From: Patescibacteria group bacterium
GTDB taxonomy: Bacteria > Patescibacteriota > Patescibacteriia > GWA2-46-9
Assembly: GCA_041675205.1 (NCBI GenBank)
Contig: JBAYUF010000003.1
Location: forward strand, 111,025 to 175,024
Reading direction: 5' to 3'
Length of the DNA: 64,000 nt
A program made the position numbers and the translations under genes. Below, piece after piece: positions 37,887 through 47,197 of the stretch (positions are counted from its first letter, which is position 1; each line of letters begins with the position of its first letter). The notes under the pieces are model-generated. The model saw nothing but the letters and a program-made list of their open reading frames with translations, was not told where the DNA came from and made no database searches.

Positions 37887-38333
37887 ATGAAAAAAAGAAA
37901 GTCGATCACCATTTGCACGAGCGCTTCTTTCTTTAAAGAGGCGCTACGGGTTGAGGAAGAATTGAATGCACTTGGGTTTGCGGTGAAGTTGCCATACACC
38001 GCTAGTGTCATGAAAAAGACCGGGGATTTTAAAGTGTCTACTTACAAAACGTGGTTTAAAGATGCCTCAACGTATAGTCGAAAGTCCTGGCTCATAAAGA
38101 ATCACCTTCGAAAGGTGATTGCCGGGGACGCCGTTTTACTGCTGAACTATGAGAAGAACGGAATGCCGGGCTATATTGGTGGCAACACGCTCATTGAGGC
38201 GGCGATAGGTTTTCATTACAAAAAGCCACTCTTTATCCTGAATCCCATTTCAGATGAGCTTAGTTTTAAAGAAGAAATTCTGGGTATGCAGCCGGTATTT
38301 TTAAATGGGGATGTAAAGAAAATTTCCTTTTAG
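37887..38333 (+). CDS. Hypothetical protein with a nucleoside 2-deoxyribosyltransferase-like fold
   Basis: ITICTSASF, DAVLLLN, GYIGGNTLIE..IG...KKP. Confidence 0.6.
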   Translation: MKKRKSITICTSASFFKEALRVEEELNALGFAVKLPYTASVMKKTGDFKVSTYKTWFKDASTYSRKSWLIKNHLRKVIAGDAVLLLNYEKNGMPGYIGGNTLIEAAIGFHYKKPLFILNPISDELSFKEEILGMQPVFLNGDVKKISF

Positions 38334-38349
38334 TATTTCCAGCTCGAAT

Positions 38350-38745
38350 TTATTGTTCGGGTATGAATATAGCCGGATAAAATTCAGTAAATTTTTTTAA
38401 ACGAGCTTCGTCACCGCTTAGTTCTAAAACAGCAGCGAGGATATGCTGATCGCTCAATTGGTCTGGCCGAGCGCCCTGCTCAGATTCCTGTGACTCGTTC
38501 GCGGTTGGAGCAACGGGAAATGGTTCCCGCAGGGCGCAGTACAAAGAGACTTCCCCCGAGCTCACCTCTATGTCGGCAGACTCGGCCATATGTTCAGCCT
38601 GTATTTTTGATGCGTTGCGAAATTTGTGCTCTGGATCTGCTACCAGTCTTCGGGCTTCCTCCAAAGCCTTGGCGTTTAATTCAATATGAAACGAGACGAC
38701 TGAATCAGGTGAATATTGTTCTGACTGTTCATGGGAATGCATCAT
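38350..38745 (-). CDS. Hypothetical protein
   Basis: 131 aa acidic ORF filling the gap on the minus strand. Confidence 0.6.
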   Translation of the reverse strand: MMHSHEQSEQYSPDSVVSFHIELNAKALEEARRLVADPEHKFRNASKIQAEHMAESADIEVSSGEVSLYCALREPFPVAPTANESQESEQGARPDQLSDQHILAAVLELSGDEARLKKFTEFYPAIFIPEQ

Positions 38746-38794
38746 AGCTATAATAGTAGGAGCTTCAGAAAAATACGCAATACTCAGTAGAAAT

Positions 38795-39223
38795 ATGAAT
38801 AAACCGCAAATAATTATGTTGACCGTTGAAACAGCTATAGACGCCGTTCCCGAGCAGGTATGGCATTATTGGACTGAGCCAGAGCACATTACAAAATGGT
38901 GCCACGCGTCAGAGGATTGGCACGCGCCCAGCGCAACGAATGACGCACGGGTGGGTGGGAGATTCAAAACAGTAATGGCCGCGAGGGACGGGAGCACCGG
39001 GTTTGATTTTGAGGGAACCTACACAGTAGTTGAGCAACCTCACAAAATCGAATACGCAATGGACGACGGAAGAAAGGTTGTTATTGATTTTTTGGCCGAG
39101 GGCAACATGACAAAAGTGATTGAGGCGTTTGATACTGAAAACGAAAATTCGTTAGAAATGCAAAAGGACGGCTGGCAGTCGATTTTGAACAACTTTAAAA
39201 AATACGTAGAGTCGCAAAAATAA
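38795..39223 (+). CDS. SRPBCC/AHSA1-like protein
   Basis: VWHYWTEPEHITKW, MAARDGS.GFDF, QKDGWQSILNNFK. Confidence 0.88.
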   Translation: MNKPQIIMLTVETAIDAVPEQVWHYWTEPEHITKWCHASEDWHAPSATNDARVGGRFKTVMAARDGSTGFDFEGTYTVVEQPHKIEYAMDDGRKVVIDFLAEGNMTKVIEAFDTENENSLEMQKDGWQSILNNFKKYVESQK

Positions 39224-39231
39224 TTAAGATA

Positions 39232-39732
39232 ATGTCAAAACCAAAAATTATCATCGTAGATGACAATGACGTTCCGATTGGTCTCATGAACCGAGAAGAG
39301 ATAGACCCCACGAAAGATAACTATCGATGTGCCGGTATTTGGGTTACCAATGCAAAGGGTGAAGTGTTAATCGCCCAGCGAAAGTTTACGAAGCACGTTG
39401 ACCCAGGTAAGTGGGGCCCCGCGGCGGCTGGAACCGTTGACGAGGGGGAAACGTATGAATCAAATGCGCATAAAGAGCTGGAAGAAGAACTTGGCATTAC
39501 TGATGTTACGTTTACGCTTGGTCCAAAAAGATTTGTAACTTCACCGAGAAGATATTTCGTCCAGTACTTTATTTGTGAAATAGATAAACCCGTAACCGAT
39601 TTTATAATTCAAGAAGATGAAGTTGAGAAAATTGAATGGATTAGTAAAGCAGTGCTGTTGCAGGATCTCAAAGACCACCCTGAAAAATACTTACCGCATT
39701 TTTCGGAGAGCGTGAGCCTCGTTATTTCATAG
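39232..39732 (+). CDS. Nudix hydrolase (IDI/YfcD-like)
   Basis: IVDDND, AQRK, PGKW..AAAGTVDEGETYESNAHKELEEELG. Confidence 0.88.
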   Translation: MSKPKIIIVDDNDVPIGLMNREEIDPTKDNYRCAGIWVTNAKGEVLIAQRKFTKHVDPGKWGPAAAGTVDEGETYESNAHKELEEELGITDVTFTLGPKRFVTSPRRYFVQYFICEIDKPVTDFIIQEDEVEKIEWISKAVLLQDLKDHPEKYLPHFSESVSLVIS

Positions 39733-39750
39733 GTCACCACTGTTTTTTCG

Positions 39751-40413
39751 TTACGGCTGAACGACAACTGTTTTTGTCATTCGATCAACAAGGCCATCAA
39801 CATCAAACGATTCTCGCTCAGCTAGGCACTCGGTCTTTTGTGGGTCGTCGTAGTTTAAGCACTGCACGGCTCGCAGGCTGAAGGTAAAAGCAATGAGTTT
39901 ATTCTTCTTCTGTTCGCCGACATAGGTGTAGGTGGTGTATACACTGCCAGCTGCGCCTTCACTTTGTGTGGTGACGCAATACGTGCGGTCGTCAACCATG
40001 CGTTTTTCAACCGAGCCGCCTTTTCTGTTTTCGTTACCTCCCGAGGTGCAACCCAGTGGCCCGTCGAACAGGTTTACGATTGGTGGCCACTCGGCCGCGG
40101 TAATATATTTTGAAGCAAGCACCTCTGGGTATTTAAAGGTAACACCGAGGTCATTGTCGGTTGCTATTTCCCAGCCATCTTCTGGCGGAGCGGGGGAGTC
40201 TACTACCTCAGGGCAAGTTGCAAATTCACAGTTTGGCCCAGTGCGGCCTACGTAAGAGCCGTCGGGACATAGTTTTGCCTCCTGAGTGCATTGTGTGTAG
40301 TCCGGTTCTTTTGCCGTTTTTGGCCACAGTACGAACGCAATGCCAACGAGCAAAAGCACACCAAATAGTGAGAAGAGAGCCTTTCGTTGATTTGAATAGT
40401 GTTCTACTACCAT
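39751..40413 (-). CDS. Membrane-anchored Cys-rich exported protein
   Basis: TM helix and CTQEAKLCPDGSYVGRTGPNCEFATCP motif. Confidence 0.75.
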   Translation of the reverse strand: MVVEHYSNQRKALFSLFGVLLLVGIAFVLWPKTAKEPDYTQCTQEAKLCPDGSYVGRTGPNCEFATCPEVVDSPAPPEDGWEIATDNDLGVTFKYPEVLASKYITAAEWPPIVNLFDGPLGCTSGGNENRKGGSVEKRMVDDRTYCVTTQSEGAAGSVYTTYTYVGEQKKNKLIAFTFSLRAVQCLNYDDPQKTECLAERESFDVDGLVDRMTKTVVVQP

Positions 40414-40449
40414 AGTTCTACAGTAGCACGTTTATGCTATCATCACGCC

Positions 40450-41127
40450 ATGAAAACAGTATTGATAACCGGTGTTAGTCGCGGCATTGGTTTAGCCACG
40501 GCAAAAAAGTTTTTAGAAAATGGTTGGCAAGTAATTGGTACGTTTAATAAAACTGCCGTTCCAATGACTCACCCAGGCCTCGTTAGTATTAAGCTCGATA
40601 TAACATCTGAAGAAAGCATTGCGAAGGCCGTTGAGAGCATCCAGCAGGTAGCGCCACACCTTGACGTACTCATTAATAATGCAGGGGTAAGCGCAGACGC
40701 ATTTGAAACTTCGCCAAACATGCAAACAGTGCGGGCGACTTTTGAGACAAATGTCTTCGGGCTAATGACGCTTACTGAAAAATTACTGCCCGGAATTGTA
40801 ACCAGTGGTCACATTGTAAACGTTAGTTCTCGCTACGGTGCATTCTCTTTTGCAATCGACGGGCCGGACTCTACGGCGTACAGGATGTCAAAAGCCGCAC
40901 TTAATATGTATACTCGAACACTCGCATTTCGATTAAAAAAGAAAGGCGTCATCGTTTCTGCTATTCATCCAGGGTGGGTGAAGACGGACATGGGTAATTC
41001 TGCTGCCACTGAAAAGGAAAAGCCCACGATAGAGCCCGAAGAAGCGGCAAACGAAATTTACAATCTAATAATGAACAAAAGTGAGTCTGGTCAGTTTTGG
41101 CAATTTGGTAAACAAAGAGAGTGGTAG
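40450..41127 (+). CDS. Short-chain dehydrogenase/reductase
   Basis: ITGVSRGIG, NNAG, YRMSK, HPGWVKTDMG. Confidence 0.92.
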   Translation: MKTVLITGVSRGIGLATAKKFLENGWQVIGTFNKTAVPMTHPGLVSIKLDITSEESIAKAVESIQQVAPHLDVLINNAGVSADAFETSPNMQTVRATFETNVFGLMTLTEKLLPGIVTSGHIVNVSSRYGAFSFAIDGPDSTAYRMSKAALNMYTRTLAFRLKKKGVIVSAIHPGWVKTDMGNSAATEKEKPTIEPEEAANEIYNLIMNKSESGQFWQFGKQREW

Positions 41128-41299
41128 AAGTGTGGATTTAGTATTGACAAAAGCGTAGAAAATTGATTTGATACATGGTCAACCATTGGGGTTGGCTACA
41201 CTCCCTACCGTTCACTTAACAACCACAGGCTACGGTACTGAGTTGTTTTTTGATTGGACTGAGGAGAATTGCTTCTACGGAAGCGGAGGAAACGAAAGC

Positions 41300-41962
41300 A
41301 TGGACTTTGAAAACTTCCACATCGAGTGGCTACTTGTGCCGCTCGTTTTCATCTTCAGGGCGACGAACTTCGTCCTGTCGCTCCACTGGGGCTGGTGGAT
41401 CGGCGGTCTCAGCGTCGCCGTGTTCATCGCCCGTTGGCAGTGGCGGGTGAGTCGTCGCCACAAGTTGGCTCTTGCCTACGAGGCAAGCCACGCGAACAGC
41501 TTGGCCGAGAGACAGCTTCAAGAGGCAGTTCGTGATGAGTGGTTGTGCCAGAACACGCTCCAGCTCTACTTCAACGCCATAGGCGGATTGATAGCGGTCA
41601 TGACGCCTCGGCAATATGCCGAGTGCACCCGAATCACCGACGCACAACGCGTGGATGGACGCTGGGAGTCTCAGACCGTTCTCGTTCCGTGGCTGCCAAC
41701 GGTTCTGTTTGCGACAGACTCCGCCTATGAACTGTGCGGGCCATCGATGCCCAAATGGGTGGAACGACCGTTCTTGGTCAGTCACCTGACCCAGCTGCAG
41801 GAACGGTACAACATTCACATGGTTCACAAGGTGGATATTTTTGTGCCATACGTTAACGAGGCTCTCGCTCCGTTCGATGAGCACAAATCGAACTCTTCGC
41901 CCCTTAGCCCCCGGCAGCTGCTCATCTACCCGCAGTTGCCCAGCAATCTGCACCCGTTCTAG
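41300..41962 (+). CDS. Hypothetical GC-rich membrane-anchored protein
   Basis: GGAGG upstream of ATG 41300; N-terminal hydrophobic segments. Confidence 0.65.
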   Translation: MDFENFHIEWLLVPLVFIFRATNFVLSLHWGWWIGGLSVAVFIARWQWRVSRRHKLALAYEASHANSLAERQLQEAVRDEWLCQNTLQLYFNAIGGLIAVMTPRQYAECTRITDAQRVDGRWESQTVLVPWLPTVLFATDSAYELCGPSMPKWVERPFLVSHLTQLQERYNIHMVHKVDIFVPYVNEALAPFDEHKSNSSPLSPRQLLIYPQLPSNLHPF

Positions 41963-41971
41963 GAGGATGCC

Positions 41972-42364
41972 ATGAACCCGATTGATTTCTTTTTCATGCT
42001 TTTCGAGCATTTCGGCTCCATGGGGTCGGTCACAACCTGGGGTGTGCCCTACGCGCGAAATGCGGAGGGCCTTCAGTCCTTCAACATCGTGGTCACGAAT
42101 ATGCCGGCCGATTCTCGTTTGGCCAACGGATGCCACGCGTGTTATTTCGACACGTGGCGCTGGAAAGTGCGGGACGGCGTCAAAGTCATCGATGTCGACG
42201 ATGAGCCAGACCTCGGGCTGGTCATTGCGGATTCGTGCTACGGGGAGCTGGAGGACTCCCTAAGGTACTTCGCCGGCTGCTTGTTGCCCCTCAATGGTGA
42301 GCCGCCTCTTCCGGCCGATGCGGCACTCCTCAAGGGTGCGTTCATCAACGCGCGCAGGCAGTAG
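41972..42364 (+). CDS. Hypothetical GC-rich protein
   Basis: AGGAGG SD; followed by a strong hairpin. Confidence 0.65.
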   Translation: MNPIDFFFMLFEHFGSMGSVTTWGVPYARNAEGLQSFNIVVTNMPADSRLANGCHACYFDTWRWKVRDGVKVIDVDDEPDLGLVIADSCYGELEDSLRYFAGCLLPLNGEPPLPADAALLKGAFINARRQ

Positions 42365-42387
42365 GAGCCGGTTGGCGTGCAGTTCAA

Positions 42388-42425
42388 TAGCGGCGGCGGT
42401 TCTCTAACCAGAACTGCCGCCGCTA
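42388..42425. terminator. 16 bp GC-rich hairpin
   Basis: tagcggcggcggttct-ctaacc-agaactgccgccgcta. Confidence 0.7.
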
Positions 42426-42473
42426 AAAGTTTACAGCGTGGGTAATGCAGCTACTTTGTGTTAAAATACACCT

Positions 42474-42908
42474 ATGAAGAGCGAAATATTTGACTATCTA
42501 AATTCTCAGCGGGTTGGTGTTTTGGCAGTGGAAATGCCAGACGGCTCGCCCCATGGGGCGACTGTTCACTTTGCCTACACGGAGGAACCGTTCGTTTTCT
42601 TTTTTGAAACGAATCGCGATTATCGAAAAACCGAGGCATTGTTTGCGAAGACAACAGTTCGAGCATCGTTTGTAGTGGGTACCGATGAGCTAGCGAAAAA
42701 AACAATGCAGCTAGATGGTATAGCAACGTTACTGCGTGCAGAGGAGAAAGAAATATATGATCATGTGTACTTGGCCAAGTATCCAGAAAAAATCAAGAAG
42801 TCGCTCGACCCCAAAGCAGTATTTTTCAAATTCACTCCAACCTGGTGGCGTTATACCGACTGGGCGCACATAAGCGCGTCGGGCACCCCAATAATCGTAA
42901 CGTCGTGA
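42474..42908 (+). CDS. Pyridoxamine 5'-phosphate oxidase-like FMN-binding protein
   Basis: GVLAV..DGSPHGATV, RK, MQLDG.A, FTPTWWRYTD. Confidence 0.8.
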   Translation: MKSEIFDYLNSQRVGVLAVEMPDGSPHGATVHFAYTEEPFVFFFETNRDYRKTEALFAKTTVRASFVVGTDELAKKTMQLDGIATLLRAEEKEIYDHVYLAKYPEKIKKSLDPKAVFFKFTPTWWRYTDWAHISASGTPIIVTS

Positions 42909-43207
42909 GCACTGTTTTAAAAAATGACAAATACCGTCGGACGCGTGGTGGGCACGCGCGAATACTTGATATTTGCTGCGCCAACTGTTGTACACATTTG
43001 TTCTATTATCAAAAGGATGGGGCAGGGCATTTAAAAAGAATGTACCTCGACAGGATTGTTGGGCAAAAACTTCAGCAAAAGAATTTATCATGCCCGAAGT
43101 GCAAAGAGCTTATTGGTGTTGCTACGGTATACAAGAAAGAGAACAGGCCAGCAATTCGATTGTTTGTGGATTCTGTAACAAAGAAACAATACCGCTTGGT
43201 GGCGTAG
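42905..43207 (+). CDS. Small Zn-ribbon protein
   Basis: CANC...YQKDG.G.LKRMYLDRI...CPKC; GTG start overlaps the previous stop. Confidence 0.7.
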   Translation: MSTVLKNDKYRRTRGGHARILDICCANCCTHLFYYQKDGAGHLKRMYLDRIVGQKLQQKNLSCPKCKELIGVATVYKKENRPAIRLFVDSVTKKQYRLVA

Positions 43208-43385
43208 CAACGTTAGTCGACATAGACAAGAAAGAAGTTGATTATTCTCTTCACCTCTCTAAGTTCCCCCAAAAATATAAGCGTCTCTTTATCCCATCTA
43301 GCAGAGGCAGTTTCTATTGATATTCTGATTACGACTTGATAACCTTTGCTAGACCCAAACTATTGGGGTTACAGGAGGAACGAAC

Positions 43386-43670
43386 TTGAAACTGGAAATC
43401 GGAAAGAAGCCAACACCAACCCTCGTCGTGAGGCCGCTCGGGCAACTGAAGCCTGGAGACTGTTTCAGGTACCACGATGGTGAGTGCCTCGAAACGCTGC
43501 TGCTGGATGAAAACCCCGCCGTTTTCATGGTCGTCCCAGGCACTCCCGCTGATGCTGATCGAGTTACCGTCTTTCCCCTCGACGGCAGGTCGGGAGTCAG
43601 CAAGAAAGACAGTGACCGCAAGGTCGTGCTGGTGGAGGCGACCGTGGTCCTGCGCGACGCTCGACGCTGA
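43386..43670 (+). CDS. Hypothetical GC-rich small protein
   Basis: AGGAGG SD with TTG start; followed by a perfect hairpin. Confidence 0.6.
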   Translation: MKLEIGKKPTPTLVVRPLGQLKPGDCFRYHDGECLETLLLDENPAVFMVVPGTPADADRVTVFPLDGRSGVSKKDSDRKVVLVEATVVLRDARR

Positions 43671-43690
43671 GTCGGCGGTTTGGTCATTCT

Positions 43691-43721
43691 GTGGGGGCGC
43701 GATACGAAATCGCGCCCCCAC
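43691..43721 (+). terminator. Rho-independent terminator
   Basis: gtgggggcgcgat-acgaa-atcgcgcccccac with a T-rich tail. Confidence 0.8.
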
Positions 43722-43749
43722 CTTTGATTTTATTTGCTATAATATAAAC

Positions 43750-44661
43750 ATGACTGGACCACTTCTCATTATGTTTGCCGCTGCGTTGTGGGCCTTAGAC
43801 GGTCTACTTCGCACGCAGTTGACACTCACCATTCCAGCCGCCTGGATAGTCTTCATCGAACACCTCGTGGGACTCATTCTACTCTCTCCTCTGCTGTTCC
43901 GTTATAAGCACGTTATTAAGCAATTAAAGTTGACTGATTGGCTGCAGCTATTACTACTCTCAGCGGTGAGTAGCGTGCTCGGCACTATTCTTTTTACGAC
44001 TGCGTTAGCAAGTAGCTTTGCCGCTGGAGATTTTGCTACGCCAATACTGCTGCAGAAACTGCAACCAATTTTCGTCATCATCTTAGCGGCAATTGTTTTG
44101 AAGGAGCGTTTAACCTTCCGATTTTTAACTCTCGTTCCGGTTGCTTTAGCCGGTAGCTACCTTATTAGCTTTGGCGCAGAAACTGTTCCGTTTGGCCTTG
44201 AAGGCAAGATGCTTGTTTATGTATTGGCAGTTAGTGCGGCCTTGGCGTGGGGGAGCGGCACTATTTTAAGTAAGCGGGTGCTCCGCACGTTACCTTTTGC
44301 TCTTGCAACCGCTCTGCGGTTCCTCCTGGCTGTACCGATTAGTTTAGCTGCGGCACTTTACCTAGCACCAGACTACGCTGTAACTTCACTGTCAGGTTCT
44401 GAATTACTGCGCTTTGTCGTCATCGCTTTCACAACCGGCGCTGGGGCGATTCTTATTTACTACCGAGGGCTCAAACAAACGCCAGCACGGGTTGCCACAA
44501 TTGCCGAACTCGTATTTCCGGTAGTTACGATACTCATCGCTATAACATCTTTAAATCCTTATGGCGCGCCGCAAGTGCTCTCAATTGCAAACAGTATTGG
44601 CATAATCGTTCTGCTCGGTTGCATCCTGGCGGTTACTGTTGACCCTGAAACTAAAACATAA
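43750..44661 (+). CDS. DMT/EamA-family transporter
   Basis: About ten TM helices, LQKLQPIF..LA...LKER, YYRGLK.TPA. Confidence 0.88.
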   Translation: MTGPLLIMFAAALWALDGLLRTQLTLTIPAAWIVFIEHLVGLILLSPLLFRYKHVIKQLKLTDWLQLLLLSAVSSVLGTILFTTALASSFAAGDFATPILLQKLQPIFVIILAAIVLKERLTFRFLTLVPVALAGSYLISFGAETVPFGLEGKMLVYVLAVSAALAWGSGTILSKRVLRTLPFALATALRFLLAVPISLAAALYLAPDYAVTSLSGSELLRFVVIAFTTGAGAILIYYRGLKQTPARVATIAELVFPVVTILIAITSLNPYGAPQVLSIANSIGIIVLLGCILAVTVDPETKT

Positions 44662-44663
44662 CT

Positions 44664-45017
44664 ATGAACATATTTTTTCGTTGGATAATTCAGGCTTTAG
44701 CGCTTCTCGCCATTGCCAATATTGTACCCGGGATTGAATTAGCCGGACCTTTTTATGCGTTTGTCGTGGCCTTGCTACTGGCGCTTGTTAATTTGACGTT
44801 CAAACCCATCCTTATACTGTTGACGCTCCCATTTAACATTCTCACTCTTGGGTTATTTACGTTTGTTATAAACGCGTTTCTCATTTGGTTTGTTGCGGGC
44901 ATCGCTGACGGCTTCTCAATAACCGGTTTTATGCCGGCTTTTGTGGCGGCGCTGTTACTTTCGATAGTGAACGCGCTCGTTAACTGGACGAACAACGACG
45001 TTCGGGTTGGTCAGTAG
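44664..45017 (+). CDS. YvlD/DUF360 (holin family 4-like) membrane protein
   Basis: KPILILLTLPFNILTLGLFTFVINA. Confidence 0.88.
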   Translation: MNIFFRWIIQALALLAIANIVPGIELAGPFYAFVVALLLALVNLTFKPILILLTLPFNILTLGLFTFVINAFLIWFVAGIADGFSITGFMPAFVAALLLSIVNALVNWTNNDVRVGQ

Positions 45018-45018
45018 G

Positions 45019-45492
45019 ATGGTGGTTGGTCGTCGCAAACTACTTTCACTACTGCTCGTTACTTGTGCTGCGTTAGCTGCTGCTCTCGTTTACATTGAAG
45101 TTCAGCCCCGAGAGACTCTTCAACTCACCTTAAACGACGCGGCCATTACCGTTGAATTGGCGCAAACGCCGCAGGCGCTTGCCCGTGGCCTTTCAAACCG
45201 GCAGCAGTTGGCTGCAAACGAGGGCATGCTGCTTGATTTTGGTGCACGAAGCTCGGCTGGAATATGGATGCGGCACATGAACTTCCCCTTAGACGTTATT
45301 TGGCTTGATGAAGACCTGAAAATAATTTCAATTACAGAAAACATGGCGCCCGTATCGTATCCAAACGTGTTTTTTCCAACTGAACCCGCCAGGTACGTGC
45401 TTGAAGTCACTTCTGGGTGGGTGCGAACGCACCAGATTACCGTTGGCATGAAGGGAATACTCGCCGCAGACACTGCGACTACGCTATACTAA
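45019..45492 (+). CDS. DUF192 family protein
   Basis: VELA..P...RGLS.R...EGML, WMRHMNFPLD, YVLEV. Confidence 0.88.
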   Translation: MVVGRRKLLSLLLVTCAALAAALVYIEVQPRETLQLTLNDAAITVELAQTPQALARGLSNRQQLAANEGMLLDFGARSSAGIWMRHMNFPLDVIWLDEDLKIISITENMAPVSYPNVFFPTEPARYVLEVTSGWVRTHQITVGMKGILAADTATTLY

Positions 45493-45496
45493 ACGC

Positions 45497-47185
45497 ATGC
45501 CTGTTTTCTTTTTGCAGCTCACCGCAATTTTAGCAATCGCAACGGTGCTATCCGTTGTGATGCGTCGACTGGGACAACCGCTCATGGTTGGCTACCTCAT
45601 CACCGGTATGGTGGTCGGCCCTTTTGTTTTGGGAATTGTGCATGAAAATGATGCGGTGGATACCTTTGCTAGCATTGGCGTAGCGCTACTTCTATTTCTA
45701 GTTGGGTTACGACTGAAGCCGCAGATGATTAGAGAGATTGGCCACATGGCCGTGTTCGCAGGTCTTGGCCAAATTATCTTTACTTCAGGCGTTGGTTTTT
45801 TAATTGCCCTGGCGCTTAATTTTAGTTGGCTGACGGCGCTCTATTTGTCGGTGGCGTTCACGTTCTCAAGCACCATCGTTATCTTGCAGCTCCTCTATAC
45901 AAAAGAAGAGCAAGACAGTCTCCATGGTCGTCTGGCTACGGGTGTCATGCTGGTGCAAGACGTCGTGGCCATGATTATCTTTCTTTTTCTGTCGAGCGCA
46001 CCCGAGGGAGCGACCGCCTCAGTTTTTGTTGCGACGATTCTCATCAAGATTACGCTCATTATCACGAGCGTCTACATTCTTTCTGCGTATGTGGTGCCGA
46101 GAATAGATAAATACTTTGCCCAAACGAGAGAGATTCTGTTCCTTTTTGGTTTAACGTGCTGCTTTGTCTTCGCAACTGCTTTTGCTAGTCTTGGCTTTTC
46201 ATATGAGTTAGGTGCTTTACTCGCTGGCGTTCTTCTTTCGGCGTCTCCATATCAGCGGGAGCTAGCGGCGAGCGTCAATACGCTGCGCGATTTTTTCCTC
46301 GTTATGTTTTTTGTGGTTCTTGGAACGCACGTTTCTCTCTCCACCTTTGAGGCAAACTGGGTATGGATTAGTGTTTTTTCAGCTTTCATTCTGATAGGGA
46401 ACCCTTTTATTGTGATGCTTCTCCTCCGGCCCGCCGGCTATACCCTTCGAACGAGCTTCTACACTGGTCTCACGGTGGCGCAAATTAGTGAATTCTCGCT
46501 CATTCTCATTGCAACCGGCGCGGCGCTTGGTCACATACCAACAGAGTTGTTTGGACCAGTGGCAATCATCGGCATCATTACGATATTCTTTTCCTCATAT
46601 TTCATGATGCACAGTCGTAGCATTTTCAATTTTCTTGAACCAATGCTCGTGTTCTTTTTTGGTAAAGACGACGTTACGCCAACCGCTGACCTACCAAAAA
46701 CATGCGACACCATACTTTTTGGTTGCCATCGACTCGGCCGAGGGTTGGTGACCACCCTAAAGACAATGCGCAGAAACTTTATTGTCGTAGAACACAATCC
46801 ACAAATTACAAACCAGTTGGAGCAGGAGAACGTGCCGTACATTTTTGGTTCGGCTGACGACCCGCACCTCGTCGCTGATTTGCCACTCGCGAACGTGAAG
46901 CTGGCCATATCGACAATTCCAGACTTGGAAACAAATATAACCTTGCTCAGCCGACTCAGAGCAAAGAATCAGAAATTAATTTTTATTTGTGCGGCGTACC
47001 AAGAGGCAGATGCCGAACAGCTATATCTCCATGGGGCGACCTACGTGGTTATACCACCATACTTGGGCCGTCGGTATCTCGGCGATATTCTCAAAGCGCA
47101 TAAACTTAATACGGCCGGTTATAACAAAGAGCGTCTCCGACACCAGAAAGACATTCGTTACATTCGTGATACTATACGCATATAA
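45497..47185 (+). CDS. Kef-type cation:proton antiporter (CPA2) with a TrkA-N domain
   Basis: FSSTIV, QD, LRDFF, AQISEFS, GCHRLG. Confidence 0.9.
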   Translation: MPVFFLQLTAILAIATVLSVVMRRLGQPLMVGYLITGMVVGPFVLGIVHENDAVDTFASIGVALLLFLVGLRLKPQMIREIGHMAVFAGLGQIIFTSGVGFLIALALNFSWLTALYLSVAFTFSSTIVILQLLYTKEEQDSLHGRLATGVMLVQDVVAMIIFLFLSSAPEGATASVFVATILIKITLIITSVYILSAYVVPRIDKYFAQTREILFLFGLTCCFVFATAFASLGFSYELGALLAGVLLSASPYQRELAASVNTLRDFFLVMFFVVLGTHVSLSTFEANWVWISVFSAFILIGNPFIVMLLLRPAGYTLRTSFYTGLTVAQISEFSLILIATGAALGHIPTELFGPVAIIGIITIFFSSYFMMHSRSIFNFLEPMLVFFFGKDDVTPTADLPKTCDTILFGCHRLGRGLVTTLKTMRRNFIVVEHNPQITNQLEQENVPYIFGSADDPHLVADLPLANVKLAISTIPDLETNITLLSRLRAKNQKLIFICAAYQEADAEQLYLHGATYVVIPPYLGRRYLGDILKAHKLNTAGYNKERLRHQKDIRYIRDTIRI

Positions 47186-47197
47186 GTAAATTTCACT

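Larger units (their letters stand above)
18436..43725 (+). mobile_element. Putative tRNA-Gln-anchored accessory island (no integrase seen; right boundary approximate)
   Basis: Duplicated tRNA 3' ends, AT-rich blocks, defence and small-enzyme genes, housekeeping synteny resumes near 43.75 kb. Confidence 0.55.

Noticed and set aside
41330-42136. 268 aa minus-strand ORF
   Set aside because: Antisense shadow of GC-rich plus-strand genes that have SD sites and a terminator
18987-43725. Classical integron cassette array
   Set aside because: No intI and no recurring attC-like (RYYYAAC...GTTRRRY) palindromes; many genes overlap or are a few bp apart
43477-43749. N-terminal extensions in the ORF track (also 304-381, 56778-56951, 59556-59624, 62992-63231)
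   Set aside because: They run through neighbouring genes, terminators or the CIRCE/promoter; downstream ATGs fit the protein families better
44664-45017. Prophage suggested by the holin-like gene
   Set aside because: YvlD/DUF360 proteins are common chromosomal membrane proteins and no phage genes are nearby
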